Program-made: the position numbers and the translations under genes
NCBI GenBank assembly: GCA_051362555.1
Contig: CM120645.1
Coordinates: 15,004,001 to 15,068,000, forward strand
DNA from: Lingula anatina
Lineage: Eukaryota > Animalia > Brachiopoda
Reading direction: 5' to 3'
DNA length: 64,000 nt
The notes under the pieces: generated by a model
What the model saw: the letters and a program-made list of their open reading frames with translations, nothing else
What the model was told of the DNA's origin: nothing
Databases searched by the model: none
Shown: in pieces, positions 61,801 to 64,000 of the stretch
Layout of the letters: the number at the start of each line of letters is the position of its first letter
Numbering within the stretch: the first letter of the stretch is position 1

Positions 61801-64000
61801 GTTTATGAAATATTGCTTTCAAAGAGTCTACCTTTCTATAAGACTATACCTTTCATAAGGACTGATTTTCCAATAAAGTTTTTTAAGTCTGAATTCTTCA
61901 CTTTTAAACCTGAATACAACTGATCCATTTCCCTAGAAAGAGATGATATTACCATCATTACTTTTTGAAAATAGTGGTGCAATTTTCATCCTTCCTTCTG
62001 GGCTATCTCCTCAGAAGCAGTATAAATTGAAAGCACTGCATCTGTACTCTCCAAACAATAATGAAAAGCATCATGTCTTTCTGTTCATATCTAAATGCAA
62101 ATTTGAATCTGTCCAATAATGATCTCTAGCAAAAAAAATCCTTTTCTACTTTTTCCCCCTACAAAGCCTCTTCTGTGATCACCAACAAGATTAATTCGTT
62201 ATATCATTCAGAAATATGATTTGTGGTATGAAATGGTAATTCGGTCAATATCTCCCCCTATCACCTCCATTTGCTTGAAGGCATGGCTCAAGTCTATACT
62301 GGATCAGGGTTGATGAAAATGGGAGCGTGTGAATCCGCCATATATGTTATCGATATTCTGGCTCCACGCTGTACTTACAGGGCCCTCTAAGTGTTTTCCG
62401 AGGTATTCAACTTTTGAAGAAGAATTGAGATAGTGTTTAGCATTATCATTATTATTATAGTTGTTCAGTTTTAGCCTAGCATTCCTTTACTGTTGGAACT
62501 TGGAAGCATCCAGTTTGCAGACTTTGTTGATGTAGAGGTAATCTGTTCACATTATTAAATATAATACTAGTATATATATATAAGACAAACGTTTTCTGGA
62601 AGTGGCCAAAAATTATTTTGTCAATAAGTTCGATGTTTTCTGCACTAAATCATTTATTTAAATTCTTCAGGGAAAAACTGGGAAGCATCCTTTGTGTGTT
62701 GAGGTTGGACATTTTTATGGGATAAATAAACTAAGCATGGACTGATTCAAATAATGCAAGTTGAGGTGTTTTTATCCTTTTTCGATACTGTTGTCCTCAA
62801 AAAAGGACAATATGGTGTTTATACTTTTTACAGTCCTGATAGCTCCAGTATGTTCTATTTTAGGGATCAGTTCCCTGACAAACGAGATATTTATCAAAGA
62901 CAGTAAATTCAAAGTTGAGTACTAGTACGCACATGGAGATGAAACTTTTATTTGCTTTGATATGTGTGATAACTTTTTTTCATCTGAAGAGTCACACTGT
63001 ATTGTCATTTTGTCCTATGACCCAATTTTACCTGCCATACTATATGATGTGTTTTTGTATAATTTTTACAGACCTGGATATTGCGTGGATCTTGGTAACT
63101 AATGAGGCATTACTGATACAGACATATTATGATAACCAGTTGCATTTAGCCAGTACTTAAAGGAAGTATGGTCTGATATATGTTTTAACTATTTTAACTG
63201 CTGAACCATTGTAACCAGTGTGCATTGGATTACTGTCCAAAAATAGCTGGTGCCACTTAATGGTAGTTGGGTCTGGTAGGTAAAGTGGTTATGATACAGG
63301 TACTTGAAAAGACAAGGAATTTCATACAGAAATGAGTCATTTGTGCAGCAGTCATGCACAAAATGTTGTATAATGTATGCAACTTAGAAATACTGGAAAT
63401 TGGTGAAAACCAGAAGCTTTTTTGGCCAACTGTTGCCTTTGGTTGACATGATTAAAGGTTCTTCTTCAGTGCTGCAGGAAGAGGGAAGAAGGTAGCAGGT
63501 AAATGCAGTGATTAGCACATTACATAGTTGACTGTGTCTTTATAATTAGGCATTTAAGGCAAACTAAGATACTAGTAATTGAAACCAGCATATTGTCTTG
63601 GTATTAGTCTGTGATCAGGAGCTTATTCCATGTATGTTCTAGTGTTGTATTTTAGAATTGTCAGGAAAGCTGGATGAAATTTTATCTAAAGGAAGTGAAC
63701 TTGTTTCAAAGAAAATTTATAGGATATTCAATATTGTGACATTTGTGATGCATTGAAATAGAAATTTATAATATGGGGGATTATAACTGAAATACCCACC
63801 GTGACACGTAGGAATGGTAGCCTTTGAGGCTGGATAGAACAGTAGTCAAAGCTCCTTGCTTTTGACACTCACTGTATGATAGTTTGCTTTTTTGTAGGAG
63901 CCAAAATGGTTCTTCTCTATATTGTGTTTCTTAAGTGGTTGTATTACTTTGACTGTTCTAAAAGATTATGACAAAAAATATGTACTGTTTTTCAAAAAAA

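Noticed and set aside
61220-62390. Possible old TTAA-type DNA transposon
   Set aside because: The left end TTAAAGGTACATAC is suggestive, but the right TIR is too degenerate to confirm.
57899-63160. Short ORFs in the last 6 kb
   Set aside because: No domain similarity, low-complexity composition and no consistent exon chain.

Overview
AT-rich, intron-rich animal genomic DNA. The miR-2 family points to a protostome; the repeat content looks mollusc-like (inference). Three complete spliced genes were rebuilt by hand with GT-AG junctions in consistent phase: NOL8 (minus, CDS 20410->11895, 16 coding exons, ~1130 aa); CENP-P (plus, 21387-35879, 10 exons, ~344 aa), head-to-head with NOL8 as in human; and UBA1 (plus, 38481-51690, 25 coding exons, ~1056 aa). 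The main hidden feature is a cluster of four miR-2 hairpins in the 8.4-kb fourth intron of CENP-P, with no miR-71 seen. That intron also holds a multi-branched structured element and a candidate 17-nt poison micro-exon. UBA1 keeps the human-like NLS leader and a second start codon at Met41. Bases 1-5250 carry a 1235-bp tandem duplication of a probable first coding exon of an off-window minus-strand gene plus LINE remnants. Other features: an intron-containing tRNA-like sequence, a THAP/ISL2EU-type transposase relic, an AcademH-like element with a RecQ fragment, and several MITEs. The last ~10 kb has no recognisable coding exon.
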